A stretch of DNA of 60,000 nt from Amphiscolops sp. MND2022 (Eukaryota): positions 51,152,001 to 51,212,000 of the forward strand of contig OZ076409.1 of the NCBI GenBank assembly GCA_964187785.1. The letters run 5' to 3'. The notes beneath the pieces are model-generated. The model searched no databases and had not been told where the DNA came from. It saw only the letters and a program-made list of their open reading frames with translations. This document shows, piece after piece, positions 12,107-26,600 of the stretch. Both the position numbers and the translations under genes were made by a program. Within the stretch, counting starts at the first letter, position 1; each line of letters starts with the position of its first letter.

Positions 12107-12658
12107 CCCTGACTTCTGGGAACTAAAAACGGACTCCCAATCACTTCTATCTTCCAAAGACGATTCTTCCTCTTCTTCAGACGAATAATACTCTTCTCTC
12201 AAATTGTAATAATATTCTTCGTCGTCCGTTCCTTTCTCAGAACGATATTCGGTTTTCTTCACTTCCTCAATGGAATCGAATTCGGTTTCTCCTTCAGAGG
12301 CTTCCTGTGAACCAGTTCGGTATTCAAAGTCCTCTCTAGAATGAATCTGATCTTGGGAATTGTGTTCTGAGTTCGTTTTATTTTCAGGGTTTTCTGATTG
12401 AGTTTCAACTTTAAGCTTTTCGTTTGGCTCAATTGAGTCTCTAGAATTGTTAAGATCGGATCGACATCTGGAAACGTTCCCTTTCAAATTATCGAGATCT
12501 TCAAAATTTTGCTGCTCCGAATTCGTTGGACCTTCAAATATTTTCGAATCTTGTTGATCTCTAGTGGTTGACGAAGTTGAATCTGGATTTATCTTATTTG
12601 CGCTTGAGGTGAAGTAACTGCCAATGAAACTGGATAATCCGACCAAACCGGTCAACAT
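12107..12658 (-). CDS. Probable first coding exon of the coiled-coil gene (acidic, low-complexity)
   Basis: ATG at 12658, 184 codons, GTGAGA donor in phase 0 matching the next exon. Confidence 0.6.
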
Positions 12659-14500
12659 AACGAGGTTTCCCCAACCCCGTACTCGGAATTATATATCATT
12701 CCAAAATTTTGTTGAAAGGAACTTCCGTAAATAATAGTAGGTCTTGAAGTCGGTTGAAATCGAATTATTTGGAAAATGAAATGAGTAGTCACTGTGCTGG
12801 CAATGTAATCAAAATTGTAAGCTGTTCTTTTTTAGCATTTTCTGTTTGAACTTTGAAATTTTCCTGTTAATTTGATGTTTTAAATGCATGAATTGCTTGT
12901 CACTTCCTAATAATTCGAGTTCAAGTAGTTAAACGTGCTTAAATGTGTTTATCGAATAATTTAGAACGTAAGTAGTTAATCCGTCTCGTATCGGAGGAGC
13001 TGATTATTTATGGCAAGATTTGATCGGTACGAATCTAGTAATGGCAACGTGGTTTTGAACTAACGAGCTTTTGCAGGCCGCAGATAACTTAGATATACAG
13101 ATTTGGCTAAACTGCCTGTTTGTAGCAAGCAAAATCGGCTAAACCCAGTGGTATGCAACCATAGAGCAATTTCTGGCTCACACCAAAAGCAGGAATCATT
13201 AGTCAATTCGACGCTTGGTGCACTGCTTTTTGGAAAGAAACGGGGAAATCGTTTTAGATGAAAGGAAATATGTTTCAAGTTACGTTTGGTGGGGAAAGCA
13301 ATTTTGTATCCCGAAACGTAGCGCTTGTAAATAAAGGTAGAACTAATTAAACTGAAAAGTACCTGCGTGCTTTCTGAAAATACTTTGAATACATCCTCTA
13401 AGGGGATTTAAAAAATCCACATTTTCTTACCTGGGAAGGAGCTTAGTTGGTGACGTTTTTTCCTGCTGACTTGGCTACATAAAGAAAATTGAGTAATGCA
13501 AAACTGTAAAGAAATGAACGTTTATTTTAAAAAAATATATACACATGCCGTACACATTCATTCGTACGCGGATTTTTTTGTAATTCTCCTAATTCTAAAA
13601 CACCTGTCCATGATTGCATGCCCCGATAAATTATTGAAGAGTGCAAAAGGTAATAAAAGCAGACGCATGGACCTCCTGCGTGTGTTGCTTATACGTTGAT
13701 TCATTATAAGCGTTTTCTGATTTTCATTATATAGAACTGGCAGTGTATTTAAGCGCAGTTTCTCACTAGTCTGTACTTCTCCAGTGTATGGCTCACAAAT
13801 AATATACATTGAAAAATACAATCAATTGTTTTTCAATGAAAACAGTAGTGATGAAAATACAGGCAAAATGATTCGTCATGCGTTTTGAGTGAGCACTCAA
13901 CTGAATGATCCCCTTTTATTCTTTTATTTCCCTAATTTACTGTTCGCTATTTTGTTGATTTTTATTGGCCGTGTTCGTTGGTACTGAGGTCTGATGTGTC
14001 CGCCTTGCTGCCACCAAGATTCTGTTTTGTAATCGAACTTGAATGTCAGAATTTTTTAACGGTTCCTTCTCGGTGGATTGAAATGGAAAAAAATGAGATG
14101 CTCAATCTGAATTTGATGTCTCTCACGTGACGTTCTTGTAAAATCTTGTCTAAAGTTTTTTAAACGATGCCCACTTTCGACCTTTCCTTTGAAGTCAATC
14201 TGAATTGGACGAGTTGAATTTAACAAATAAAAGCTCCTTCTAGCCTGTTAGGTAAAAGTGATTATATAAAAGAGTAGTGAAGAATTATGGGGATAGAGCC
14301 CAATGACTATGAAAGGCCGCGAGTGTCAAGGTTTGATAATTTTGCTTCTAATGAATAATTGTTGGTTTTGAAAGTGAAAAGTATAAAATTTGCTCTTTTT
14401 CAGGTTATTTGATTCCTCGCATAATGAGATACAATTTGGAAACCGCTCTTTATACAATTTAGTGTAAATTGATCTAATCCTACTGAAGAGATTTGTGAGA
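12659..14500. promoter_or_regulatory. Divergent (head-to-head) promoter/5'-UTR region
   Basis: Lies between two oppositely oriented start codons, with no TE that I could recognise. Contains a minus-strand CAG|GTAAGA donor at 13430 and a plus-strand TTTTTCAG acceptor at 14403. Confidence 0.45.
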
Positions 14501-14695
14501 ATGAAAAAAATTGTGTCTCCTCATTCCAATGTGTCTTTGGACCAGAGAGTGACTCCATATGGACCTAAGTGTCAACTGTGTGGGTGCCAAGGGTCTGTGT
14601 TGATAGATGAAGGCAGCGGACTTCCTTCAATTACTCGACCCCTGTTCATTGTGCCCGAGTGCGGACACAGTTTGTGCAGAAAATGCAGGCAGAGG
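14501..14695 (+). CDS. RNF17: RNF17-like exon 1 (N-terminal part of RING)
   Basis: CQLC...ECGHSLCRKC, then GTTAGA donor. Confidence 0.8.
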
Positions 14696-17600
14696 GTTAG
14701 ATACTTACAAGATACGCTTAATTATTTTTCGCTTTTTTTCAAGAAAATGAATGCTTTGGCGGGATTTTATTCTATACAGTTATTATAGCATACAGGAACC
14801 ATAGTTTGCGTTGAAATTGATTTATTGTTTTTTAGAGTATTGAAGAGAACTACTGTCGTGTTTGTTGGCCTCATGGCGGCCCGAAGGATACTCCGAAAAC
14901 AACAAACCCTTCTTTCCAGCAAAACTTGATTACTAACGGGCTATTGGTTTCAAGACTACCCACTCTTTTCGAGTTCAAGTCTTTTGGTGCAATTGACCAG
15001 TTACTTCCTACTTCTTCGAACGCTAGAGGCAATAGAAGAATGCACCGGAAACCTCCTGCCATGAATGCCATGATGATAGGTAGAGTTAGCAACTTTCTTA
15101 AGGCAATTTTCAGTTTGATACAAAACGCCAGTAGTTTACGCCAGTTTCAAACCATTCGCCCAAATAATTTTAGGAAATATTTTACAGTTGAATCTACCTA
15201 ATTTGTATTGATAAGTACCGAATAAAATACCATACTGTAATAAATGAATTGGGTCTCTGATTGTAAAAAATGATTTGGACTCGATTAAAGGAGACCAAAA
15301 TTTTCTGAACGAAAAAATATTTTGAAAACTGTTAAACTGAAACTTTAATAAATTTTAACGTTGATTACAAACATTTTCGTTTGAAAATTCTGAGATCAAT
15401 ATACAAAAACTTGGAAGCTATGCATTTTACTAGTGATTTCGTTTCTAATCTATTTCAGTTCAAATTTCGCAAGCCTTGAGTGTAGAAAAAATTCATTTTC
15501 AATCTTTCAGACGCTTTTTCAACAAGTATCCACTAAAATATTTTTTATTGCAAAACTTTGAAAAGAAACCTTCTTGAACAGGACATTTCAGAGAAGGGAA
15601 CTTGAATGCAATGTATTAAGATAGGGCATAAAATTATTTTAGAAAGAACCCTTATATAAGTATAGTTTTCTTCAAGTTCTCTGTAAACAAAACATATTAT
15701 CGTCATTAGTGGATGGGTTAGTGTCTGTCAGTATTCCAAAATTGCAACACTGCGTCTGTGAGACGTCTAATTTTCCAAAAATTTGCTCCTAGATCGAAAT
15801 TCAGTAGTAAATACAGTACTGTGATTAAGAAATCGTCCCCCTATGCGCTGAACGTCGTTATCAACCAATTAGAATTGCTTTTCGCTCTCACTTTCAATTC
15901 TGATTGGCGCATCAAGTGAAATCTCAGCCGCAGAAAGAACACTTCTGCTATTTTCCCCGTTTTCAGCAAGTATTTAAAATATTTTTTTGAAAATTTTTAA
16001 TTCATCGAATTCTGCAGATTGTATAGAATTCACTGATATATTTTTTGTTCCAAAAACATTCTAAATGAAAAAATTTTATCGCAGTTTTTCGCTGCGAAAC
16101 CTTCATTTCCTATCTTAATACATGTAAATCGACGAAATTTTACCTTTCGAGCATGATATTGCGAAAACGGTTGATAATTTTTGAAATCAATGGAACTCTT
16201 CGGAATAATTTGACAGCTCCAGAAAATGGAGGACCACATTTCGGAATAATTTGACTGCTCGAGAAATTGAGGAAAGCAGACTTCGAAGTAATTTGACAGC
16301 ACCAGAAATTGAATAAGCACATTTTGAAATAGTTTGACAGCTTCAGAAATCGAGTGAGCACACGTATAAATGTTTTGACAGCTCCAGAAATCGAGGTACC
16401 ACACTTCTAAATAATATGATAGCTCTAAGAATTGAGAGAACACAGTTCGAAATAATTTGACAGCTCCAGAGATTGAGGGACCACAGTTCCAAATTATTTG
16501 ACAGCTCCAGAAATTGTGAGACGCACACTTCGGAATTTTTGACAGCTTAACAAATCGAGGTAGCACATTCCGAAATAATTTGACAGGTCCAGAAGTCGAG
16601 GGAACAAACTTTGAAATACTTTCAAGGCTCCAGAACTTGAGGGAGCACACTTCGAATTAGTTTGACAGCTCCAGAAATCGAGGAAGCACATTTCTAAATA
16701 GTTTGACAGCACCAGAACTTGAGGGAGCACACTTCGAATTAGTTTGACAGCTCCAGAAATCGAGGAAGCACACTTCTGATTATTTTGACAGCTCCAGAAA
16801 TAGAGGGAGCTCACTTCAAAATAATTTGACAGCTCCAGAAATCAAGGAAGCACATTTGGAGATGATTTGACACCTCCAGAAGTCCGGGAGCACAGTTTGA
16901 ATCAATTGGACAACTCCCGAAATCGAGGGAGCAGACTTCGAAATACTTTGACAGCACTAGAAATTGACTGAGCTCATTTGTAAATAGTATTTGACAGCTC
17001 CGGAATGCGAAGGAGCACACTTTCAAGCAATTTGTTGGCTCCAGATATTGAGGGAGCCTACTTCGAATCAATTTGACAGCTCCAGAAATTCAGAGAGCAC
17101 GCTTCGAATCAATTTGACAGCTTCGAATTTCAAACAGCACATTAAGTAGTTTGACAGCTCCAGAAATCGATGGAGCACACTTCGAATCAATTTGACAGCT
17201 CCAGAAAATGAGAGAACACACTTCGAATTTGACAGCTCCTGAATTCAAGGGAGCAGACTTTGAAATTAGGTAACAGCTCTGGAAATCGAGGGAGCGCACT
17301 TCGAAGTAACTGGACAGCTCCAGAAATCTAGCAAGCCCTTGTTGAAAGTTTGACAGCATTCGAAATTGAGGTAGCACATTGTAAAATAATTTGACACCTC
17401 CAGAAATCAACGAGCACACTTCGAAATACTTTGACAGCTTTAGAAATTTAGGGATCACACTTCTAAATGGTTTGACAGCTTCAGAAATCGAGGGATCACA
17501 CTTCCAAACTGTTCAACTGCTCCAATTGAGGGAGCACGTTTCGAAATGAATAGACAGCTCCAGATTTCAAGGAAGCACACTTTGAAATAATTTGACAGCT

Positions 17601-20600
17601 CCCGAAATTGAGGGAGCTTGATTGTAAACAGTGTTTGACAGCTCCGGAATTTAAGGGAGTACACTTTGAAGTTATTTGTTGGCTCCAGATATTGAAGGAG
17701 CACACTTCGAATCAATTTGATAGCTCCAGAAATTGAGAGAGCACGCTTCGAATCAATTTGACAGCCCGAATTTGAAGGGGCACAATTTTAAGTAATTTGA
17801 CAGCTGCAGAAATTGGGGGAGCACACCTTGAAATAGCTTGACAGCTCCAGAAATGGAGCACAATCAACGATGGAGCACACTTCGATTGAATTTGACAGCT
17901 CTAGAAATCAATGAAACTTTTCGTTTCAATAATTTGACAGCTTTACAAATTTAGGGATCACACTTCTAAATGGTTTAACAGCTCAGAAATTGAGGGACTA
18001 CAGTTTCAAAATATTTGACAGCTCCAGAATTTGTGAGACGCACAATTCGAAATTTTTGACAGCTTAACAAATCGAGGTAGCACATTTTGAAATAATTTGA
18101 CAGGTCCAGAAGTCGAGGGACCAAACTTTGAAATACTTTCAAGGCTCCAGAACTTGAGGGAGCACACTTCGAATTTGACAGCTCCAGAAATCGAGGAAGC
18201 ACACTTCGAAATAGTTTGACAGCTCCACAAATTGAGGGAGCACGATTCGAAATCATTTGACAGCTCCAGAATTCAAGGGATCACACTTCTAAATACTTTG
18301 ACAGCTCCACAAATTGAGGGAGCACGTTTCGAAATGAATTAACAGCTCCAGATTTCAAGGGAGAACACTTTGGAATAATTTGACACCTCCAGAAAGCGAT
18401 GAAGCGTACTTCGAGTCATTTTGACCCCTCCAGATTTCAAGGGAGCACACTTTGAAATAATCTGACAGCTCCCGAATTTGAGGGAGCTCACTTAAAATCA
18501 TTTTGACAACTCCAGAAACTGAGGGAGCGAAATAATTTCACAGCTCCAGTCGTCGAGGGAAAACAATTCTAATCAATTGGACAGTTCCAGAATTCGAGTG
18601 TGCACTTTTCGAAATAATTTGACAGCTTCAGAAATCGAGGGATCAAACTTCTCTGTTTGATAGCTCCAGAAATAGAGGGAGCACATCTAGAAATGAATTG
18701 ACAGCTCCGGAAATCGAGGCAGCACATTTCGAAATAATTCGACGGCTCCAGAAATCGAGGGAGTACACTTCGGAATAATTTGACAGTTCCAGAACTTCAC
18801 GGAACGCACTTAGTAGTAATTTGCGACTTTTCCAGAAATCGAGAGAGCACACATCGAAAGGATTTGACAGCTCCAGAAAGCGAGCGCGCACACTTCAAAA
18901 TAAATTGTGACCTTATTGTCACTTCGTGGTAATTTGTGACCTTTCCAGAAATCGAGTGAACAAACTTCTAAACAGTTTGACAGCTCCAGAAATGGAGGGA
19001 GCACACTTCGAAAGGATTCGACAGCTCCAGAAAGCGAGCGCGCACACTTCAAAATAAATTATGACCTTATTGTCACTTCGTGGTAATTTGTGACCTTTCC
19101 AGAAATCGAGTGAACAAACTTCTAAACTGTTTGACAGCTCCAGAAATTGAGGGAGCACACTTCGAAAGGATTCGACAGCTCCAGAAAGCGAGCGCGCACA
19201 CTTCAAAATAGTATGTGACCATTCCAGAAATCGAGGGAGCACACTTAGAATTATTTTGAATGCTCCAAAAATCGAAGCAGCACACTTCGTAATAGTTTGA
19301 CAGCTTCAGAAATCGAGGGAGCACACTTCGAAATTATTTGACAGCTCCATTATTAGAGGAAGCACACTTCGAAAGACTTTGACAGCTCCGGAAATCAAGG
19401 TACCTCACTTTCAAGTAGTGTGACAGCTCCAGAAAATGAGAGAACGCATTCCGAATTATTTCGACAGCTCCAGAACTTCAAGGCGAATCAATTTCACAGC
19501 TTCAGAAATTGAAAGAGTTTAATTGGAAATATTTTGATAGCTCAAGTAATCGATGAAGGACGCTTCGAAATAAGTTCACAGCTTTAGAAATCGAGGGAGC
19601 ACACTTCTAAATTGCTTGACAGCTCCAGCAATTGAGAGAGCACATTTCGAAATAATTTGACAGCTCCAGAACTCTGCGGTGCACACTTTGAATCAATTTT
19701 TACAGCTCCAGAAATTGAGAGAGCATGTTTGGAAATAGTTTGATATCTCTAGTAATCGGGGAAGCACGCTTCGAAATTAGTTGACAGCTCCAAAAATAGA
19801 GGGAGCACATTTTGAAGTTTAACAAGACGCCCGCTAAGCACAGGGTTATTTCCCGCCTTGTTCTTTTTCTTTTTTTTCCGCCAATAGCATTGTTTTCTGC
19901 ATTATACTACATACATACATCATACTACACTGAGCTAGGAATGAAGGACTTGACTAACCACTATCCACTACTTGACTATTTTAGTTACTTGACTATTTAT
20001 GGAGATCGTGGAGATTTGGCAGAATTTGGAAAAAAACGCAACACAGATCATGGTTTTCCTCCCCCGTTATATGTGGGCGGAAAATAATAGCAGGCTTGCA
20101 CCAAGAAAATATTGCTTTTGTTTATATAAGATGAAACAATTGAAGTTTTGTCTCTTCGTCTAGTACTATGCGGTAAATTGATCGAATGGTGAAACCGAAG
20201 GTGAGAAATACAAGAAGACGTGAGAAGGAAGCGAGAAGATTAATGAACGAATCTGATTGGATGAGGACTTAATGACTTGCTATTAAGCAAAGTTTAACAA
20301 GACGGGAACGTCCCAAGTCGGCGCCATATCTTAGGCTCAAAAATATTCAAGGAACAACTATTGGAAAAATTTGGAAAAAAATTTTTTTTTCAAAAAAATT
20401 TTTTGATTTTTTTTCGAAAAAAAGTATTTTTTAGGTCGCACAATGCCGAAAAACTCAAAAAGAGGCCATTCAGGCTCATTCAACGTTTTCTACAAACCGA
20501 AAACTGGAAGATGAACAAATATGAAAGATGAACAAAAATTGTAAGAAAAGTGGACCACTCAGAGTGAGATTGTCAACTGAAAAAAAAAAACTACTCACTG

Positions 20601-23600
20601 TAAGAGTCGGGCTTTTTTCCTTAAGGGAAAAGGCGCCGACTAAAAATCCGACGGTATCAGCCATCTAAATTAGCATTGACGATATCCGGTCGCGCTTCTA
20701 CTATAAGCGCACAAATTTACTTATTGATAGACGGGATCGAGGTACGCATTGACTATATGAGGGGTTTCCTTATTGGCGATTGTTATATTACTGTATTACT
20801 ATACCGGGAATTACTATAGTGCGTTCAACCAAAAGGAGGCGGATGTTCGATAACATGCGCTCCCATTTGTCCCAGCAGTGCAATATCAGAATTTTTTGCG
20901 TTATATCCGACGTGAATTGAGTTTTTCTCAGGAGGCGTAGGTTTGAAAAAAGCAATCCCATCTGGCCCAGCACGCTATATTCGAAGTTTTGATGCGTTTT
21001 CCGAGCACGAAAGACACCCGTTTGGTGTTTCGACACTTTTTGTGAGTTTTTCATTTTAAAAAGTCCTTAGCATATTCTAAAATTTTTGCGCTTTTTGAGG
21101 CTTAAGTGGGCGGCGACTTGAGACGTTCCCGTCTTGTTGTAGTCTGTTTCTCAGTAGCTTCTAATTCTCTTCTCTAGTTCAAAGTAATTGCAAAAGTAAC
21201 TTCACCAGTTAATACAATGACTTTTTTTCTTTTGAAAGCTTCATAAATTTATTGTTGAAATTTTGCGTAAAACAGTTATCAAGAAACATTTAAATGTTAT
21301 TCCATTGAATAATAAGAATATACTTTAAATGCTCGACAGTCAAGTTCCTCTTTTTTGAAGAGACAATCTTCCTTCTATGTTCTTGATACCATCGCTAAGA
21401 GTTTTAGAGATGGAGATAAATTCGAATTGTTTCCGAAGAGTGGGATTTTAAATATCCTATAATTTCCCTGAATTTTGCGTTAAAAATGCGTAAAAATATT
21501 TAATTTGCGTCAAAGTTGCGTCATAGCAAGAATACTGAAAGTTGCGCAAAAATTGCTTTATTGCGTTACGCAACTTTTTCCGGTCTCTACATCTAGTTTA
21601 ACTGCTCTCTTAAAAGCAATGGGACATTTTTATTGACATGTAGCGAATGAGTGTAATCGTTCACAAAGCTTCGCCTCTACTCGAGTAAGAATGCAAAAGG
21701 TCAGTCCGCTTACTTAGCATTGAATGTTTCTTGTCAGTCAAATTTATTGGGTTTGAAAAAATAAGTTTTGTTAAAAAAAGGTTTTCAGTGCTTTTGTCCC
21801 GGATTTTGCAGATGCAGAAATGTTCCGGAAGGATTTTGATAATTCAGAAAATATTTTGTGATGAGTTGCTAACACTAAAAAGGAAACGCAGCTGCGCTGT
21901 CTCTGGACGACCTGTCTCTTAGTTGCTTGAAATGCAGCGCGACTGCAACTCTCATCTGTGATCATTGTTTCGTTTTACTTTGTGAAAACTGTTTCAATTA
22001 CATGCATTTCGAGTCAAAGGAATCTCATCAAGGGATCAACATATCACCTCGGAGTAATGAATCTGTCTCCAGTTGTACGGTTCACATGCAAAAGATAACA
22101 GGTCGGTGCCTTGATTGCAAATCGGATGTTTGTTCAGATTGTATTCTGGAGAATAAACACCAAGGACATACATTTGAAAAAATTGATGCAATCAGAAAGC
22201 AAGAAGGCGGTGACCCTGTTACTTTGTCCAATTCTTTGAAAATGTACTTGGACAATGTAAACAACTCTGTCAATCTCATGGATAGCATCTTGGGTAAATT
22301 TGAAAGTTACGTCCAACGAAAATCGGATGAGTTGAATATGGTTTTCATGAAACTATTCGCCAAGTTACAAGTTCATCTTCGACAGCAACAGATGCTGCTT
22401 GACAAACATGCTCAAAAAAAGTTCCAAGAACTTAAGGAAACTCGCGATTGTTTTGTGAAAGTTCAGGAGTACTTGAATGGGCTTGATAGAGTTTCGTTGG
22501 ATTCTGGATGGGGTCCTAACAGTACAGCGGATGCAAACTTCGTACGATTCAGTGAAATGTTGACGGTGTTTGCTTCGGTGCCGTTGTGCCTCACGGCGTT
22601 GTTTGACAATCTTGAAAATTTTGTTGATTTGAAAAACTTCGACTGCTCTCCAGTTTTATCATCTATCGGGCCTATTTTGTGCAATGATACTTCCGATATA
22701 GTCTTTCCAGTGTTTGCAAGCGAAATTGGAAGCAGTGGTACTTCGTCTTTTGGAACATCCGATTTTAATCCAAACTCCATATTGAAGAATCGAAAGGAAG
22801 TCAAAGACTTAATCACCAGTGTTACATCTAATGACCCGAATAAATCTCTCACTGATGTGCAAAGGTTTGATTTGATCAAAATTACTCATTTGAAATCACC
22901 GAAAGATTTTTTCTTCATTGAAATTGCCGCTGAACAAGAGCTGGAGCGTCTGAACGACAAAATATTGAAGTTGGTGTGTGATCCTTCGGCTAACATGAGC
23001 AAACCCACGTCGCTGAGCGATTTAAAGCCGGAGCAGTTTGTGCTGGCTCGATTCAACATCGATAATCGGTAAGCTTCAATTATTGACTAACTTCTTGGAA
23101 CATTGGAAGCTTGTTGTCGGAATTAGTATTTTCGGAACTACAACAAGCCGGGAACGGCACCCCACTCAAGATTCAAAAAAGTAACGTTTTTAAAGATGCA
23201 AAAAGACACTATTGTTAGGATTTCATCATTTTTACAGTGCCAAAAAATACCCGAAGGGAAACGCAAAAGACTCGAAAACCACTTTTCAACAAAACCTCTC
23301 AAAACTCAAAATTGATGAAATGAATTTCGAAAAAATTTTTAATGAAGTCTCCAGTGAGTCGCATAGTGCCGAAAATCCTAAGGAGTCCTCTATGCTTGCA
23401 AAACGTTTCATTTTAGTAAAAATTTGGTTAGCGCGCTGAGAAAACCTAATTTCAAGACTATAAATCATTTTTTTTGAAAAATCTCGAAGACATTTAGAAG
23501 TTTTCGAGAAGTCTCACAAAGCCGAAAAAATCACTGGGTTTTAGTCTCGTCCGGTTTTCAAATGCACGAAAACGTTTCTGACTGGCTGTCTATCTTAGCG

Positions 23601-26600
23601 ACAAGTTGAAAAGGATATAGCTTGTGACATTGTATTGTAACTCGCATTGTTCTCAACTGAATTCTAAACGTTAATCGATAATAAGATTTACATGTACAAG
23701 CGTATGTAACATAAAGGTTAACAGGTACTTAACTGTCTGGAGGTTGTGTGGCCTCTACGGTCTAACTCAAGTATGACATATTACATGTCACATTCCCCTC
23801 GATAAGGGTTATATAAGTCTAATATAAATTTATCGTTTACATGACTAGTTTAAATAAATGGTACACGACAATGTGTTTAAAGCGACTCTCCAGTGATTTT
23901 TTCTTCCTCCGTTTATGGATTTCTTCTCCCTTCTCATTGGCTGGTAGCTTCCACCAATCATCTCTTCCTCTCCGGTCCGACATGCTTTAGTTGCCTGACT
24001 GGCTGTTTTGTTTTTCTCCCTTGTTCACAATGTTTCCTATTATAATCAATGTGGTATTGGGTTACCGTGGCGTATTATAGGATTTGCCGTTTTAATTCTT
24101 GTAGGTTTTCGCGTGGTTGTTTCGTTATCGTTGTTTATATTTAGGTTTGTATTTTCTGTTCGTTCTATTTTTATCAAATCAGTATTACCGTTTCTGTCGA
24201 TAACCGTTATGGCATTGTGATCGTCTTCTGTCGTTGGCGTTATATCTTGTTGTCTATCTTCGGTCCCGTTCATCTTTTCCAGGTACATTTGTAGGCTGAT
24301 TCGTCCTGGTGATTTCTGTTCAGTCCTCTTTCTGATTAGCTTCCCTTTTCCCTGTCCATATGAAGGAGTCGCTTCGGTTGGGCTTTGGAGTGTTGTCTCC
24401 AACATGCTCTCTTCTATTATTGGGGTGCTTTCTCTCACTGGTCGTTCTGTGTCCGTTGTCATGTCCGATGATTGGCTCAGTATCATTAGGGTGAACCGAC
24501 CGTCCGGTCCTCGTGGATTCTGAAATGTAGTTGCCAAGGGTTGCTTACTCTTTTCCAAAGTATTAGTTTGTTTTTATCTGTCGTAATTGTGTGTTTCGTT
24601 CCCGCTACTGCTATTTGCCGTTTTGTGTCATATGCACTTTGGAATTTATTTTTGTACTTTCTTTTTTGAAGAGATATGGAAGCTTATTACTAACATTTTA
24701 GTTTTCGTGATGCTTTCGTCACCATTTGACCTTGGTGTCACTCGCTATTGGAGATTCCGTACACCTGCATTTTTCTGGTTTTGCTGAAACTATACTTGTT
24801 TTTGAGTTTGGTTGCAGGTTTAAGTAGTTGGTTCTGTTCTAGGTTTTCTTCCATAATGTCGTTCAAAGGGGTGTTCTTTAATATTGGAATGGACCGTTGT
24901 TCTCATCAATTTTAATGAACTGCTTGAAGCTTCATTAATGGTGCATCCGTCCCGAAGATTTGCACGCATGTAATCTTTTAGTGTTTTAATCCCTCTTTCG
25001 ATTGGACCCTTTCATGTTCCGTATATTAGTTTTATATTTGTATTTTCCCGAAACTCTCTAGGCCGTGCCTTTATCCATTCTAACGGTTTGTGGTATACCA
25101 TTGGGAGTTATGTTTTGTTCCAAATTTTTTTGCAGTTTTGCCTGTTGGTGATTCTCAGATGCACGCTGCTGGCCATTTGCTGTATCGATCTATTGATACT
25201 AGTATGAAAAATCGTCTTTGTTTAATTTTTATTGGTCCAATGAAATCCAATTGGATTTCTTGGTTTGCTTTCTCGGTTGGTGGTAAGTAATTAATTTCTG
25301 TCAGAGGTAATTGAGGTTTTATACTCTTACCTGGCATCTTGTAAGGTATACCTACGTCACATTTTTGTTGAACCTCTTTCGCCATCTTCGGCCACCGAAA
25401 GACTTTGCGGCGTGGCATCATATTGATGAAGGGTTGTCCTTTATTCAATAATGTGATGACGGTGTTTCTGAGGTTTTTCGGAACAATTATTTTGTGGTCA
25501 TAAAACATGACACCAAATCTCGTCGATAAATTCTTTGTGTACTGCTTGTATTCCTCCGGTAATTTGTCGTTCCAGGCAAACCAGAGTTTTTGTAATTTGC
25601 CGTCATTTGTTGTCTCAATTGCGATCGTTTTCAAGTCGGTCGAAATTTTTTGTTTAGCATGTCGCACCGTCTCCTCTAGGTTTAGTTTTTTGTTCTCTTG
25701 GACATGGCTTGCATGTCCCATTTGAATATATCTGACTCCGGTAGCTTCCAGATACTTTTTGAAGTTGATTGCCGGTACATCCATAGAATTGTTTGAATTG
25801 GTAGATGTGGTTTCTTCGCTGTGATAATCGGTTTCTTCTGTCAGTGTTGTTTTACTGGTCCCTTGCTCGTTCTCGTTGTTTGGTGTATTTCCTATTTCCT
25901 CTATCGCTCTGAACAATTCTTGTCTGCTTTTCTCTTCTGGTGTTTTCCCCCGGCTTTGTTCTCCCATCCTCTTCCAAATTAGTCTATTTATCTTTTGGTG
26001 TTCAATTTGGATTCGTTTTATTTCTATTCAATGGAATCTTGGCGTGTTGTACTTCCAGATTCCATTTGTCAATTTATAATATTTCGGTTTCACCAATTCT
26101 TCCCATCTATTGGTCAGGGCTAATGTTTCCGTTGAAGGGTCTTCTCTTTCTAGTTGTTCAATCTCTTTGCTGTCCATTTCAATTTCGTTCTGTCCGTGAA
26201 CGGTAACGTGTGAAACTTTCTGTTGAGTTAATAGCAACGAACTGCGATCGTTCGCTTCCGTTTGTTTTGTTAGCTGTTCTGTGATTGGTTTGATTTTGAC
26301 TGATAGATCTTTGATCTCTTTGCTGTTGTAGAAAAGATCCTTGAACTTATTTTTCAGTTGAGTTATTTTCCTTTCGGTGTCGTGCATTTTGAGTGTTTTT
26401 GTTTTTCACTGTTGTTGGTGTTGAGGTGTATTCCCAGCCGTCCAATCTAATTCCACCAACAGTGATGTTGTTGCTTTTGTAATCAGCAATGGTAGTTCAA
26501 GTGTTTCGTTGTTTGTTTTCACTGTTGATTTCGTTTGTCCAGTAAATAATTCCCTTTCGGTTCGTTTTATTTCCATTCGATGGAATCTTGGCGGGTTGTA

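Noticed and set aside
16190..19820. CRISPR-like array, or protein ORFs in the repeat
   Set aside because: Units are contiguous with no unique spacers, there are no cas genes, and the context is eukaryotic. The ORFs are repeat translations in multiple frames.
21480..21590. TTGCGT-rich patch ending CGGTCTCTA, with similar small patches at 38370-38455 and 51810-51872
   Set aside because: Probably solo MITE ends, but no partner TIR or TSD could be identified.
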